Shown here: positions 28,672 to 39,100 of the stretch, in pieces
Layout of the letters: each line of letters starts with the position of its first letter
How positions within the stretch are numbered: position 1 is the stretch's first letter
Translations under genes and position numbers: made by a program
Virus record (IMG/VR): IMGVR_UViG_3300032331_000527
Location: 32,001 to 96,000 of that record
Direction: 5' to 3' (one strand)
DNA from: a virus
Length of the DNA stretch: 64,000 nt
The notes under the pieces: model-generated
The model's database searches: none
What the model saw: the letters and a program-made list of their open reading frames with translations, nothing else
What the model was told of the DNA's origin: nothing

Positions 28672-29607
28672 CTAGTTCGATGCCTTTGGATTATATACCC
28701 TATTTATAAAGGCTAACTCGTTCTTGATAGTAGCCTCTGTTTCTTTGGGATCCATGCAATATGAAAGATATGGTGCTCTAAGCTCCGCCACTTTCTTAAA
28801 GTCTGGATGCGCGCACGCGAGCTTCATGTCGGCTTCAAACGTCTTAACGAATCCAGCTCGCTCTTTAGGTACAGCAAAGAGTAGGATTGTCTGAAGATTA
28901 AACTCAGGGAATCCGATTTCTTTACCTGTAGGAGCATCTGGGAAAGTCTTCATACGCTCGTCAGAAGAAACAAGAAGCGCCTTAAGACCAATCATATCTG
29001 GCATTGTGAATACCGTATAGTCGACTTCCTTATTCTGAACTGCTAGAACGATATCTGGAACAGACTTGTACTTGATCTCATCGACTCTACCTTCAATCCC
29101 ATATTTTTTCATAAACAAATCGTTCATCATTCTAGCTGCTGGGCCAATAAGAGTCGAGCCGACATATGATTTTGGCTTGCTCTTAATAGAAGCAACAAGA
29201 TCGTCGATATTCTTAATCGGAGAATCTAGAGCAACTAGAACACCAAGCGTGTTCTTACCAATACCTGTACTGATGATAAAGTCATTATCACGATCAAATC
29301 CTGGCTTTGGGTTCTCTATCCTATTAACTGTAAGGGTCGAAATTCCTGTATAGAATACAACATCTTGATTTTGTTTAGCTAGAACAGTTGCTCTTAACGC
29401 AGCAACGTCACCAGCAGCGCCCATTGAAAATGCGAACTTGTATTCTCTTTCTTTTTGAACTGTGTTCAGAATCTGTGTAATACCAACTCCGATTAGTCCA
29501 CCACTACCAATAACTGGTAATGCGCTGACGAGTTCCACTTGCTTTTGCGCTAGTGCTGGAGACGCCAACATAGCGGCGAGTAAAGCAATTTTAATACCAC
29601 GAAACAT
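28672..29607 (-). CDS. Bug/TctC-family tripartite tricarboxylate transporter substrate-binding protein (divergent)
   Basis: Signal peptide ..SPALAQ; VLVALDSPIKNIDDLV, IKYKS..LAVQNKEVD, LKALLVSSDERMKTFPDAPTGKEIGFP. Confidence 0.8.
   Translation of the reverse strand: MFRGIKIALLAAMLASPALAQKQVELVSALPVIGSGGLIGVGITQILNTVQKEREYKFAFSMGAAGDVAALRATVLAKQNQDVVFYTGISTLTVNRIENPKPGFDRDNDFIISTGIGKNTLGVLVALDSPIKNIDDLVASIKSKPKSYVGSTLIGPAARMMNDLFMKKYGIEGRVDEIKYKSVPDIVLAVQNKEVDYTVFTMPDMIGLKALLVSSDERMKTFPDAPTGKEIGFPEFNLQTILLFAVPKERAGFVKTFEADMKLACAHPDFKKVAELRAPYLSYCMDPKETEATIKNELAFINRVYNPKASN
28701..28708 (-). promoter_or_regulatory. T4-type late promoter (TATAAATA)
   Basis: Exact consensus inside the 3' end of the Bug gene, about 40 nt upstream of the next ATG. 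Confidence 0.55.
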
Positions 29608-30841
29608 TTAATTCTCCTATTGTGTAAGGTTCTGTAAAGATGTGTTTTCCAAGCAACTCTTTCTCTGCAACTTTGGCGTATTTCTTTAAGTAGAATTTGT
29701 TGTACTCTTCTAAAGCTTCGGCTGCTGCATTATCTTTCTGAATCAGTGAGACTAATTCATATTCCGGTGATCTAGTTCCTGGCTTGGGAGCAACAAACAT
29801 ATTACTGTTCCAATAGTAATAGATCAACTCATCGTATCTACGATAGATATTTCCAACAAGACTAGGTGAGACGTCAGCCTTATTGAAAACAATCGCTCGT
29901 TCTTGACTGTACATAAATGCAGCATAGAAATCTCTATCGGATTCCAACTTACGCTTGATCACATGAGATTGTTTGATTGGGATGAGGGGACAATCTGGCG
30001 TCCAGAAAAAGTTTTCGATAGTATAGATATCGTCTACGTCTTTTTTCTGGATCATCTTCACGGAGTGCATTGATGCATCGCTGAAACGGAATTGAAGATG
30101 ATTGTCTAATATATTTAGCGATGGTTTCTCGACTCCTCTGATAAAAGCTGCGTTATTTTTTCTTACAGCATGTTTATTATTGTGATGCTGTTGGAAGAAG
30201 CTTCTCGTATATGGCGTCTTTATTGTTACGAACGATGGATTACTGACGAACTTATCCATACCCAAACTCGAGAATTTATTGCTGACGATATCGCCAACAG
30301 CGAAATCTGATGCGTCTAACAGCGTGATCTTAGTGTTTGGACTTCTATCAGCTATGATCTTCAGCTGTGGTTTAACCATAATATCGAATTCTAAAAGTGT
30401 CTTGATAGAAGCGTCTTTCATCAACTCGTTTTTGTCGAATCTGTTAAGAGCTTTGCTGTAGTGAACTGTCTGTATCTCGTCAATGAAAATGTTGTTATCT
30501 AAGAATGTGTAGAGAATCTCGTGTGAGTCTGCTCCTCCAGAATAGCTAAGAATGAGATAGTCATACTTGTCACGCAATTGTTGACAACGTTCGACATAGA
30601 GCTGCTTGAGAGTTTGCTCTGGTTCTTTTGACCAGTCACGTGTCTTGAACACTGGCTCGTTGAAACAATAGTAAATAGTTTCACGACCAGCGCCTCGACT
30701 GATCCTAATATCAGCAGGGATATTATGAATCTTCTCGCGCAGATTTACGCCAGCAACCATCTCATCGAGCAGATCCTCTCGACTGATATAGATCTTGTTA
30801 CCATGAAGATAGAAACCGCAATGCAGTTGAGGATATATCAT
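29591..30841 (-). CDS. PP-loop (adenine nucleotide alpha-hydrolase superfamily) protein
   Basis: RCQQLRDKYDYLILSYSGGADS..NNIFIDEI; GVEKP; ENFFW. Confidence 0.75.
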   Translation of the reverse strand: MIYPQLHCGFYLHGNKIYISREDLLDEMVAGVNLREKIHNIPADIRISRGAGRETIYYCFNEPVFKTRDWSKEPEQTLKQLYVERCQQLRDKYDYLILSYSGGADSHEILYTFLDNNIFIDEIQTVHYSKALNRFDKNELMKDASIKTLLEFDIMVKPQLKIIADRSPNTKITLLDASDFAVGDIVSNKFSSLGMDKFVSNPSFVTIKTPYTRSFFQQHHNNKHAVRKNNAAFIRGVEKPSLNILDNHLQFRFSDASMHSVKMIQKKDVDDIYTIENFFWTPDCPLIPIKQSHVIKRKLESDRDFYAAFMYSQERAIVFNKADVSPSLVGNIYRRYDELIYYYWNSNMFVAPKPGTRSPEYELVSLIQKDNAAAEALEEYNKFYLKKYAKVAEKELLGKHIFTEPYTIGELNVSWY

Positions 30842-31683
30842 TTAATTTTCCATAGATCTAAGAACTCTATTAGATCTGCTCTTTTGCCAAAACTATAACC
30901 AGGTTTCGCCGTTTTCATACCGGAACTCATACTGATCTTTCGAGCTAGCTCACGGAACTCTTTATCGAACTCATATCCCAATATAGGACGATATTCTATC
31001 CCGTACAACTTACACTTCCACATGTCCACAGGTTCTTTGTCATCGTAGATAGCGTCTATCATAGCATAGGCTATCTCTAGTGTGTACATGAAAAATGGAA
31101 TTGTGTACTGTTCGCCTACGAAACACTCGTTATAACTATCCCACTCGTTCATCATTGGACGAAGCCTAACTTCTCCGTCTTCGTCGGGCTTTTCACCTTC
31201 AATCATATGTTCGCCAATAATCAATACGCCATCATTGTCTCTTGCGTATCTACAGGCGTGGATAGAAGGGATTGAAAAAATACCATATCCAAGTATCTTC
31301 TTTATCACTTCCTCATAGTATATACTGAGATACTCGCTATTGTCAAGATTTAATACGATGGGCTCGATATTAAGTTTCTTACACAGCTCAAAGGCGTATC
31401 TAAGTTCTTTTTCGTTACCCGAAGTCTTTACGATAATCACTTCAAAGGGAATATTGTTACGATGGAAACATTGGGTAACGAAAATAGAATCTGCGCCTCC
31501 GCTAAGAGCGACGTAAATCTTCTTGTTTTTTTCGTAGATTTTTTTGGCTGTGTAATCCGCGGCGTCTTGAAAGCTCATCTCTCGAAATGGATATGGGCGC
31601 AAACGAACATAGTACGCCATTCCTTTGACGAGCAATCGTTCGTAGATGTTGGTATCTACCCAGTCATTTTCGGTTGCCATCAA
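30838..31683 (-). CDS. PP-loop (adenine nucleotide alpha-hydrolase superfamily) protein
   Basis: KKIYVALSGGADS; ELRYAFELCKKLNI. Confidence 0.75.
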   Translation of the reverse strand: MMATENDWVDTNIYERLLVKGMAYYVRLRPYPFREMSFQDAADYTAKKIYEKNKKIYVALSGGADSIFVTQCFHRNNIPFEVIIVKTSGNEKELRYAFELCKKLNIEPIVLNLDNSEYLSIYYEEVIKKILGYGIFSIPSIHACRYARDNDGVLIIGEHMIEGEKPDEDGEVRLRPMMNEWDSYNECFVGEQYTIPFFMYTLEIAYAMIDAIYDDKEPVDMWKCKLYGIEYRPILGYEFDKEFRELARKISMSSGMKTAKPGYSFGKRADLIEFLDLWKIK

Positions 31684-32119
31684 ATCCCTTCCAAGTACCG
31701 AATATCAAATCCCACACAGGGATAAACACACCATAATTACGAGTCGGGTCTTGGTGATGGATTAGATGCCACTTACCACTGGTAAGGAACGGATAAAGAT
31801 TAATGCGTTTGTTGTGTTCTATAGCTTCCTGAATGAAAGCAGCCCAAACATAATAAGCTACGAATAACCACCAATGACCTGTTACAGCACTAATTATAAA
31901 GGTTGGGATCACCTCTGTCAACCACTGATCTACGGTACTGTTTATCGTATCAAACCAAAGAAATGCGTTCTTCCAGCTCAATCCCTGTATCGTAGCATTC
32001 GTGACTTGAGCGTGATGATCAATATGAAATTGACGCATGAACGGCCACGCATGCGCGAGTCTGTGCATCCAGTAGATTGTGAACGTCCATAGAATGAATA
32101 CAAGGAAATAATGCATCAC
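31664..32119 (-). CDS. Sterol desaturase / fatty-acid hydroxylase superfamily membrane enzyme
   Basis: His boxes YWMHRLAH, HIDHH, EH, HLIHH, then NYG..WDLIFGT. Confidence 0.88.
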   Translation of the reverse strand: MMHYFLVFILWTFTIYWMHRLAHAWPFMRQFHIDHHAQVTNATIQGLSWKNAFLWFDTINSTVDQWLTEVIPTFIISAVTGHWWLFVAYYVWAAFIQEAIEHNKRINLYPFLTSGKWHLIHHQDPTRNYGVFIPVWDLIFGTWKGFDGNRK

Positions 32120-33186
32120 TTTATATAGTAGCGACGTGATAGGAAATGGCGTTTGCCGTTAATGAGATCTGTTGTCAGCTGTTTGTTAGATTCTATGTAG
32201 AATTTGAACAACTCAGAATCCGTTTTATTTAGCATGAAACGATCTCGATTACTGAATCCAGTCGATGCAGATTTTTTTGAGAAGTGTCGTAGCGGATGTT
32301 TCACATCTGGATAGATAAGCTTGACTATTATCTCTTCATAGTTTTTACAAAACAACGTATGCTTATTGAAAGTTCTAATGTTACCTCTATCTTCACCTAA
32401 AAATCCATAATAGAAATTCATACATATATGCAACTGCTTACGCATAATCTCTTGTGCGTCTGGATGCGTATAGAAATTCACACGTTCAAAATTTTGATCT
32501 AGATAATTACAACCATAATCCGAAACAGCTATGTCTGTGAAATCGGTATAGACTTTCAACGCCAGCGGATCTAATACGCTCATGCGAGGTTTGTCTGTAC
32601 CAAACACAACAGCAGTTTTCTTTTCGTTTGTTCCTATGAACCGACGAAGATCGTGCCACCAGAGATGCGTTACGCTCGTGAATGCGCCTATATGTTTAAC
32701 ATAATCCGTATTGTATTTTTGTACAAGCGAGAATTTATTGAAGTCTCTGAAATGCTCTGTGTAATCAGCGACAGTGATCTTTGTGTTAGGTAGATGCATA
32801 TCATTAAGAGTAGGAAAGACGTTATGATATAAATCGCCGTTGTGATTATCATCCGTACCTTTCTCAGTATCTTGAGAAAGAGCACCTACTGTCAATATCT
32901 CGTCGATGTGAATGTTGTTGTAGTAGAACGTTTCCAACATGAACGTAGAATCAATTCCGCCAGAGTAGCACAAAATCACATACTCGTAATCATCACGAAT
33001 CTGTTGTGCTCTCTGGCGATATAGTTCTGGAAGAGATGATGTTGGTTCTGTTGTCCAATCTACCTTTACGAACTCACGATCATAGTAGTAGAAAGCGCAT
33101 TGTTTATTAGATCGTTCTGCATCTACGCGATTGGCGTAGAAGTTCTTGTCGTTATCATAATAAAAGATGTTTGGATTTATCAACAT
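32116..33186 (-). CDS. PP-loop protein, paralog of 29591..30841
   Basis: DWTTEP..LYRQRAQQIRDDYEYVILCYSGGIDS..NNIHIDEI; GTDKP. Confidence 0.75.
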   Translation of the reverse strand: MLINPNIFYYDNDKNFYANRVDAERSNKQCAFYYYDREFVKVDWTTEPTSSLPELYRQRAQQIRDDYEYVILCYSGGIDSTFMLETFYYNNIHIDEILTVGALSQDTEKGTDDNHNGDLYHNVFPTLNDMHLPNTKITVADYTEHFRDFNKFSLVQKYNTDYVKHIGAFTSVTHLWWHDLRRFIGTNEKKTAVVFGTDKPRMSVLDPLALKVYTDFTDIAVSDYGCNYLDQNFERVNFYTHPDAQEIMRKQLHICMNFYYGFLGEDRGNIRTFNKHTLFCKNYEEIIVKLIYPDVKHPLRHFSKKSASTGFSNRDRFMLNKTDSELFKFYIESNKQLTTDLINGKRHFLSRRYYIK

Positions 33187-33196
33187 TATCCATTAT

Positions 33197-33643
33197 TTAG
33201 ACCGCAGAAGCTGTCTTCTTAATAAGATCCATGATTTCTTCATCGGTCAACTTCTCGTTCACAGGATCCTTCATCTGTGGAAGCGCAGTCATTTCAGGGA
33301 ATGTAAACGTCATAGTTTTTTCTACGCCTACAGGAACATGACTGTTAGTTGTGTCGATTGATGTGTTGGCAATATCTTTGATTCTCTTGATGAAAATAAC
33401 AGGAGCCCATCTTAAAATATACTCATCTAATTCTGGACCCGCTGGAATCATAGGAATTGGAAACTCTACAGCACAATCTGTTCTACAGAAACGTGGAGAT
33501 CCGTCTTCCATACGAAGAATGTTTTCTCTACCATTAACCAAATCACTAGCCAGATCCTCTTCGCTCACATGATCCGAATAGAAACGGACTGTTGCTGAAT
33601 GATTTTCTGGATATACCTGTAAAATTTTATACTTGATTATCAT
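33197..33643 (-). CDS. Hypothetical protein
   Basis: 148-aa ORF directly downstream of the Gly-rich adhesin. Confidence 0.6.
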   Translation of the reverse strand: MIIKYKILQVYPENHSATVRFYSDHVSEEDLASDLVNGRENILRMEDGSPRFCRTDCAVEFPIPMIPAGPELDEYILRWAPVIFIKRIKDIANTSIDTTNSHVPVGVEKTMTFTFPEMTALPQMKDPVNEKLTDEEIMDLIKKTASAV

Positions 33644-33658
33644 CGAAGATACCCTTTG

Positions 33659-34744
33659 TTATCCTAATGGACCCGTTCTGGTTCCTGCGTTAATATAACT
33701 CGTGATGAGAGATCCACCGTATACAGCATTTCCTTGTGCTGCAGGAGTTCCTGGAGTTCCTCCTGCACCAGTTGCGCCTGTTGCTCCATATCCACCAGCA
33801 CCTCCGCCTCCACGTCCACCCCAACTTGCGTCGTTTGGTGCATGTGAACCATATCCACCAGTTGCACCACCGGCAGTTGAAGCACCACCTTGGCCACCTA
33901 TACCTTGATATTCGTTCCAGCCGCCACCAAGACCTCCACCACCGCCACCGCCGTATGTGTTGTAACCCGTTCCACCGCCAGCGCCACCAGATCCATTTCC
34001 ATGCGAACCAATACCGGCACCGCCACCACCGCCAGCACCAGCATTTCCTTGAACAGTAGCTGTGTTTCCACCTCCGCCTCCGCCACCGCCACCATACCAA
34101 TAGCTATATCCTGGAACACCTTTAGAAGGACCAGTGTATAGGATACCGAGACCACCGCCTCCGCCTCCTCCACCGCCGCCCCATCCACCAGTACCGCCTG
34201 GTCCACCTGCGCCGCCGGCACCACCAGTTCCACCTGTACCGCCTACTATGGATCCGGAATTATCTACATACAGTTTCGTGCTTGTATTTGTATCAACATA
34301 AAATGCTGGTCCGCCAACTGATCCTGGAGTTCCTGGAGTTCCTCCTACACCGGTGCCTCCTGTTGCTCCAGGATTTCCGCCACCACCATATCCAACACCA
34401 CCATTACCGCTACCACCTGGACCGTTTCCTAATCCGACACCTCCACCGCCGCCGGCTCCACCATATCCCCAAGTTCCTGGACCACCGCCTGGTCCAGCAG
34501 GACCATTCGCTCCAGTTGCACCAGTAATTACAGCACTATTTTTAACGTGTAGATACGAACCGGTAGGGAATGTGCCTGTTCTGAATGCAGGAGTACCTGT
34601 TCCAGATGCTCCTAGATTTCCATTGATGAATGCAACCAGATGCAACGGATAGCTAGGACTACCCGCTTGACTTAATAGATTGACATCGTTCTGAGAAGCG
34701 ATGTTAACAATCTTGTGGGGACGAGGAATTAATGCTAGAAACAT
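33659..34744 (-). CDS. Glycine-rich receptor-recognition adhesin (T2/T6 gp38-like architecture)
   Basis: INGNLGA..PAF..LHVKNSAVITG, polyglycine runs, and a C-terminal GNAVYG..INAGTRTG resembling gp38 ends; follows a fibre gene. Confidence 0.7.
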   Translation of the reverse strand: MFLALIPRPHKIVNIASQNDVNLLSQAGSPSYPLHLVAFINGNLGASGTGTPAFRTGTFPTGSYLHVKNSAVITGATGANGPAGPGGGPGTWGYGGAGGGGGVGLGNGPGGSGNGGVGYGGGGNPGATGGTGVGGTPGTPGSVGGPAFYVDTNTSTKLYVDNSGSIVGGTGGTGGAGGAGGPGGTGGWGGGGGGGGGGLGILYTGPSKGVPGYSYWYGGGGGGGGGNTATVQGNAGAGGGGGAGIGSHGNGSGGAGGGTGYNTYGGGGGGGLGGGWNEYQGIGGQGGASTAGGATGGYGSHAPNDASWGGRGGGGAGGYGATGATGAGGTPGTPAAQGNAVYGGSLITSYINAGTRTGPLG

Positions 34745-34751
34745 TTTATCC

Positions 34752-35915
34752 TTATCTTACGTCTGGGAGGAAAGAACCGTATAAATTTGTGCCATCAGAA
34801 ACAAAAGACAATATGTCGCGACGAGCTGCTGTTGTCGATAAGACAGGAGCAACTGCACCAACCCATTTGAATACTGCGTTCCATGCTATCGTGCGTGAAC
34901 CAGTGCCGTCTTGAATGACGTGTAGAATATATGTACCAACTTTAAGATTGGTAGGAGCAGCCATAGTTCTGTTGCCGCCAAGAGTTATTGTAGCAACACG
35001 ACCAAGGGATGTATCCCAAGTAATTGTAGCACCGTCTGTTAGTGTCTGTGATAGAGCATTTGATTTATCGGTTGTTGTGCCGTTAATTGTGGTGTTACCA
35101 GAAACTGTGAGGTTTTGTGTCACCGTCATCGAGTTACAAGCAGTTACTAGGCCGCTTGATGCGATGCGCATACGTTCTGTTGATCCGGCAGCAAACTTCA
35201 TGTTTGACGAAGTATCAATCGTCATCCAACCTTTTTCAAGAGTATTTCCGTTGTTAACCCATTGGATAAAAGCCCCTTCAGTATCGCCAGAATTTTGACG
35301 AAGAATTATCGCTCCTGTTGTAGCCGCGGAATCCTGAACAAATCTTGATCCCCCATTCACATCAAGTTTGCGTGAAGTCGAATTCATCCCAATTCCCATA
35401 TTACCCATAACATAAGTATTTGCACCAACAAACAGATTGGTAGAAACTGTTGCACGACCCGTAACACCGAACCAACCAGTCGTATTCGTTGTGTGTCCAG
35501 CACCACCGATTGTTAGAGTAGATGAGGTACCACCGATTGTTACTGTTTTGCTTGCACCACCGAGAGTCGTGTTGCCAGATACCGTTAGATTGGTACCAAT
35601 AGTCGCGCGACCTGTAACAGTCAATAGATCCGAAACATCGTCACCAAGATTAATATTTCCGTTTATAGTAGTGTTGCCGGAAATAATGATGTTACCGTTA
35701 ACAGAAAGAAGTCCGTTAACAATAGCTCTATTAGAACCTGTAGTACCTAGTCGAGTAGATCCAGCTGATACGAAACGGACGTTAGCGGTAATGGTATTTG
35801 CGTAGAGCTTTGATTCGTCAATGGCGAACTGGTTCAATCGAGTTACGAGATTGTTTGTTCTTGTGCGCCATGTATCAAACGTATTTGTTAAGGCGACGTT
35901 AGCGAGTAAGGCCAT
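34752..35915 (-). CDS. Tail fibre protein
   Basis: N-terminal TFDTWRTRTN anchor; GNMGIG..KLDVNG; TERMRIASSG; C-terminal IQDGTGSRTIAW..DILSF domain. Confidence 0.78.
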   Translation of the reverse strand: MALLANVALTNTFDTWRTRTNNLVTRLNQFAIDESKLYANTITANVRFVSAGSTRLGTTGSNRAIVNGLLSVNGNIIISGNTTINGNINLGDDVSDLLTVTGRATIGTNLTVSGNTTLGGASKTVTIGGTSSTLTIGGAGHTTNTTGWFGVTGRATVSTNLFVGANTYVMGNMGIGMNSTSRKLDVNGGSRFVQDSAATTGAIILRQNSGDTEGAFIQWVNNGNTLEKGWMTIDTSSNMKFAAGSTERMRIASSGLVTACNSMTVTQNLTVSGNTTINGTTTDKSNALSQTLTDGATITWDTSLGRVATITLGGNRTMAAPTNLKVGTYILHVIQDGTGSRTIAWNAVFKWVGAVAPVLSTTAARRDILSFVSDGTNLYGSFLPDVR

Positions 35916-35918
35916 TGC

Positions 35919-36137
35919 TTATCCTATCTTGTCTAAAATACGCTGCATGAGCGTCTTAAGATCGTTGATCTCTTGCTTTATGTTATTTATGTCCGAGATT
36001 GACGACTCAATTTCTTTAGCGTGAGCTTTTCTTTTTTTATAGGCTTGAAGACCGTTAGTGTCGGTATTCAATACAGCCTGAGTCGTCATGTCTCGAACAT
36101 ACTCTGGTTTTTCTTTCACTCGAGCGAACTTTTCCAT
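35919..36137 (-). CDS. Small coiled-coil virion-associated protein
   Basis: YVRDMTTQAVLNTD..INNIKQEINDLKTLM; this type of small gene usually follows the large structural gene in marine/freshwater T4-like phages. Confidence 0.7.
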   Translation of the reverse strand: MEKFARVKEKPEYVRDMTTQAVLNTDTNGLQAYKKRKAHAKEIESSISDINNIKQEINDLKTLMQRILDKIG

Positions 36138-36140
36138 ATA

Positions 36141-39100
36141 TTATACCTGTAGAGCGATAGCTCTTAAATCCCTCACGCGAGGAGGATTTGTGCTGGTGCT
36201 ATTTATGAGTACGATCTTAATCTGGAAATACTTGAACGTTTCGAATTTGGCTTTCGCTGTGTTCAGATACTTATAGATGCCCGATGAAGTGTTAGAACCA
36301 AACTTATACGGCGAACCGCTTGAAGCTGCATAGTCAGGCACATCATATACGAGTTCAATAAAATCGTTTTTGTTTTCGCTGCTTGAATAGCGAGTTCCAG
36401 AAGTAAATCCTTGATCAGTATTAAGAGTCATCGGAATCCAACGAGCCTGATCCATAGTATCACTATCAGAAGCATTTAAAGCTTTCATATAAACTAGGAT
36501 ATCTGATCCAGATGGTTTATATACGGTTAGATATGCGCGAAGATCTTCAGCGTCTTGACCATCAGCCAATGTTACGATACGAGTGATATATCGAGCTTCT
36601 GAACTTCCGCCAAACTGAACATAATCTTCTGTTGTTCCTATAGCCGTAGCAGTACTAATCAAATTATGTGTCGAGTACAATGTGATACGACTTAGATCGA
36701 TAGCAGGAGATGCTACTTTATTGCGTCCATCTAGCTGATACATAATTTCTACTGATCTATTCGTAGCCATTGTAGCAGAAGTTGCAGCTGTATTAGATTC
36801 ATTGCTGCGACTTAGGATATACCTTGGTACACTGAATTCATTGTCTCCATTCATATTCAACTTGAAGAACGTAGTGTCACGTGCGCTCGTACTTGTAGCC
36901 ATCTTAGCATAAGCACGAACTTGATTGTTTGACGGCTGAATCATATTCGTGATCAAGTTGACATTGTCCATCGCAAGATTAATGATGGAAACAATACGTC
37001 CGCTGTATCCGTTTGTTTGACCCTTGATATATGTGCCAGCCAAGAACAATCTTGCGTTAGCGAACGCAGGACCTGTGTTGATATACGATACGTTAGCAAC
37101 AACCAGACGTGTATTAGCATAGTTCGTACTATCATAATAATACACACGTCCTGTTGGATACGTAGCAGAAGTTGTAGCAGAAGAAGTGAGAATCAATTGA
37201 CCATTAGTCGCATTTCTGTATGCATTGTTCGCGATCTTAACTCTTACTTGCTCACCACCTCTAAATGGCGTACCTGCTGAAACTTCTCGAACTCTAATTG
37301 CGTCAGTAGCGAACTTAACAATTTTTCCTGTAGCTCCAGAAGTCACACCGACAACATATGCAGATCCATTCGTAACGTGACGACCAATTGAAATGTTACC
37401 GTTAGCCGCTGCAGCTGCTCCAGTCCAGGTACCAGATGTTGTTGCGAAGTTACCTACGATACGAGTTTCGCCGTGAATAACTTCACCAGTTCTTGAAAGA
37501 GCACCAGTCGTGTTCGCGATATTAAATGTGTCGCGAGCAGGATTCTTTACGATAAGATTACCAACATTGCTTGTGTCAAACTCAGCATAGTAAGCAGTGT
37601 ATTTTAGATCTTCATCGATAACTGGTTCGTAAATTCGATCGTTTGATGAATAGTAAAGGACTCCGCTTGCTGGCTGTTCTGAGATACGAGCACCTTCTCC
37701 CTTGAGCGCACGAGCTGCACCAATTCCTGTATAGTCATTCATTCCGATAACAGCAGTATGAATTAGATAATTTGGATTTGTTGCGATTGGAGCAACAAGA
37801 ACAGCATATTCAGTTTCGTCAGAAAGATAAACTGGCGCAGGGAAATATACTGGTGTTGGTACTGTTGCGTCATCACTGATGTTAACATCATCTGGCTGTA
37901 GTGTAACACGACCATATGGCAGAACACGACGAGTAATCGTACCGCTGGCAGGATCTACTTCACGGAGTTGAATTTCAACACCAAGTTTCGCGTCCTTGCC
38001 CTGGAAATATAAATCCATCTTGGTAATATACATACCACTCGTTTCGATTTGAGCAGTATGACGACCGGTAACAACGAAAGTTTGAGCAAGAGGATCCTGT
38101 TCGTTCGCTGGAGCGAAGTCTTGCACGCTTACGATTCTAGATCCTGTTGCGACTGATGTTGAACTCTGAGAACCAGTTGAAGATTTTAATAATGCAGTTT
38201 GTGTAATCTCAACAGATTTAGTTGTTGTAGAAAGAGCAGAAACTGTTGAAGACAATCCTTCAGCTGTGTATTGAGCTTCAGCTGCTGTTGTATATTGTCC
38301 TTTTGTACTAGAATTTGTTGCATTATCAACAAAACGTAGACGCTTGGTACCAGTTTTGAATTTAAGAGCTGCATCATTAGGCAAACGGAATACACCGTAA
38401 ATAAAACCTCCTGATCCAACTACCATTGCAGAACCTTCTGCTGATGCTGGTTTAACCGGATTTCCATTAGAATCTTTAAGACCAGATAGATATTCAGCTT
38501 CTGTCAATGGTGTTACATATGCGCTAACATATGTATCATCAAAGAACGCATATAGAGTGCTAGAAGGGCGCATACCTTCAATTTTAAACAAAATCATACG
38601 AGAACGCATAAAAGGTATGATACTTGTATCTTTAACGATATTTCCGTAAGATTGCGTATTCGTGTTTACCTTAATGCCTGTTTGATTGCCAGTTTGAGTA
38701 GTGATTGTTGGAGTAGCATATGTAGAAGTTGTTTGAGTTGAAGCGCTGGTTACTAAGGTATCACCACCACCAGCAGCGTTGCCCATAAGCCACTGTTGTT
38801 GATAAGCAGTATCTACTGTTACGCTTCCTGTGAGTACTGGCGCTCCAGTAAATGAAGTGATAGGCGCATTCCACGTTGCTGGCCAGGTAGACGCAAGATA
38901 TTCCCATGCGTCAGTATTCTGATCGATCATGATGTTAGTATCTGGACCCTGAACAGTATCACACCAGTAATCAGAATCTGGCGTTAGAGTCATGGTACCT
39001 CTATAGCTATAAGAAGCACCTGATCCGTTTCTTGTTGTTGATGCATATGGTTGATTGACAAGCACCTTATGTGAATAAGGAAGTGTTACTAGAAGACCTG

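Noticed and set aside
33664-34652. Trp/Arg-rich, His-rich and poly-Pro ORFs resembling antimicrobial or RiPP precursors
   Set aside because: They are alternative frames of GGN-codon runs in the adhesin and have no independent RBS.
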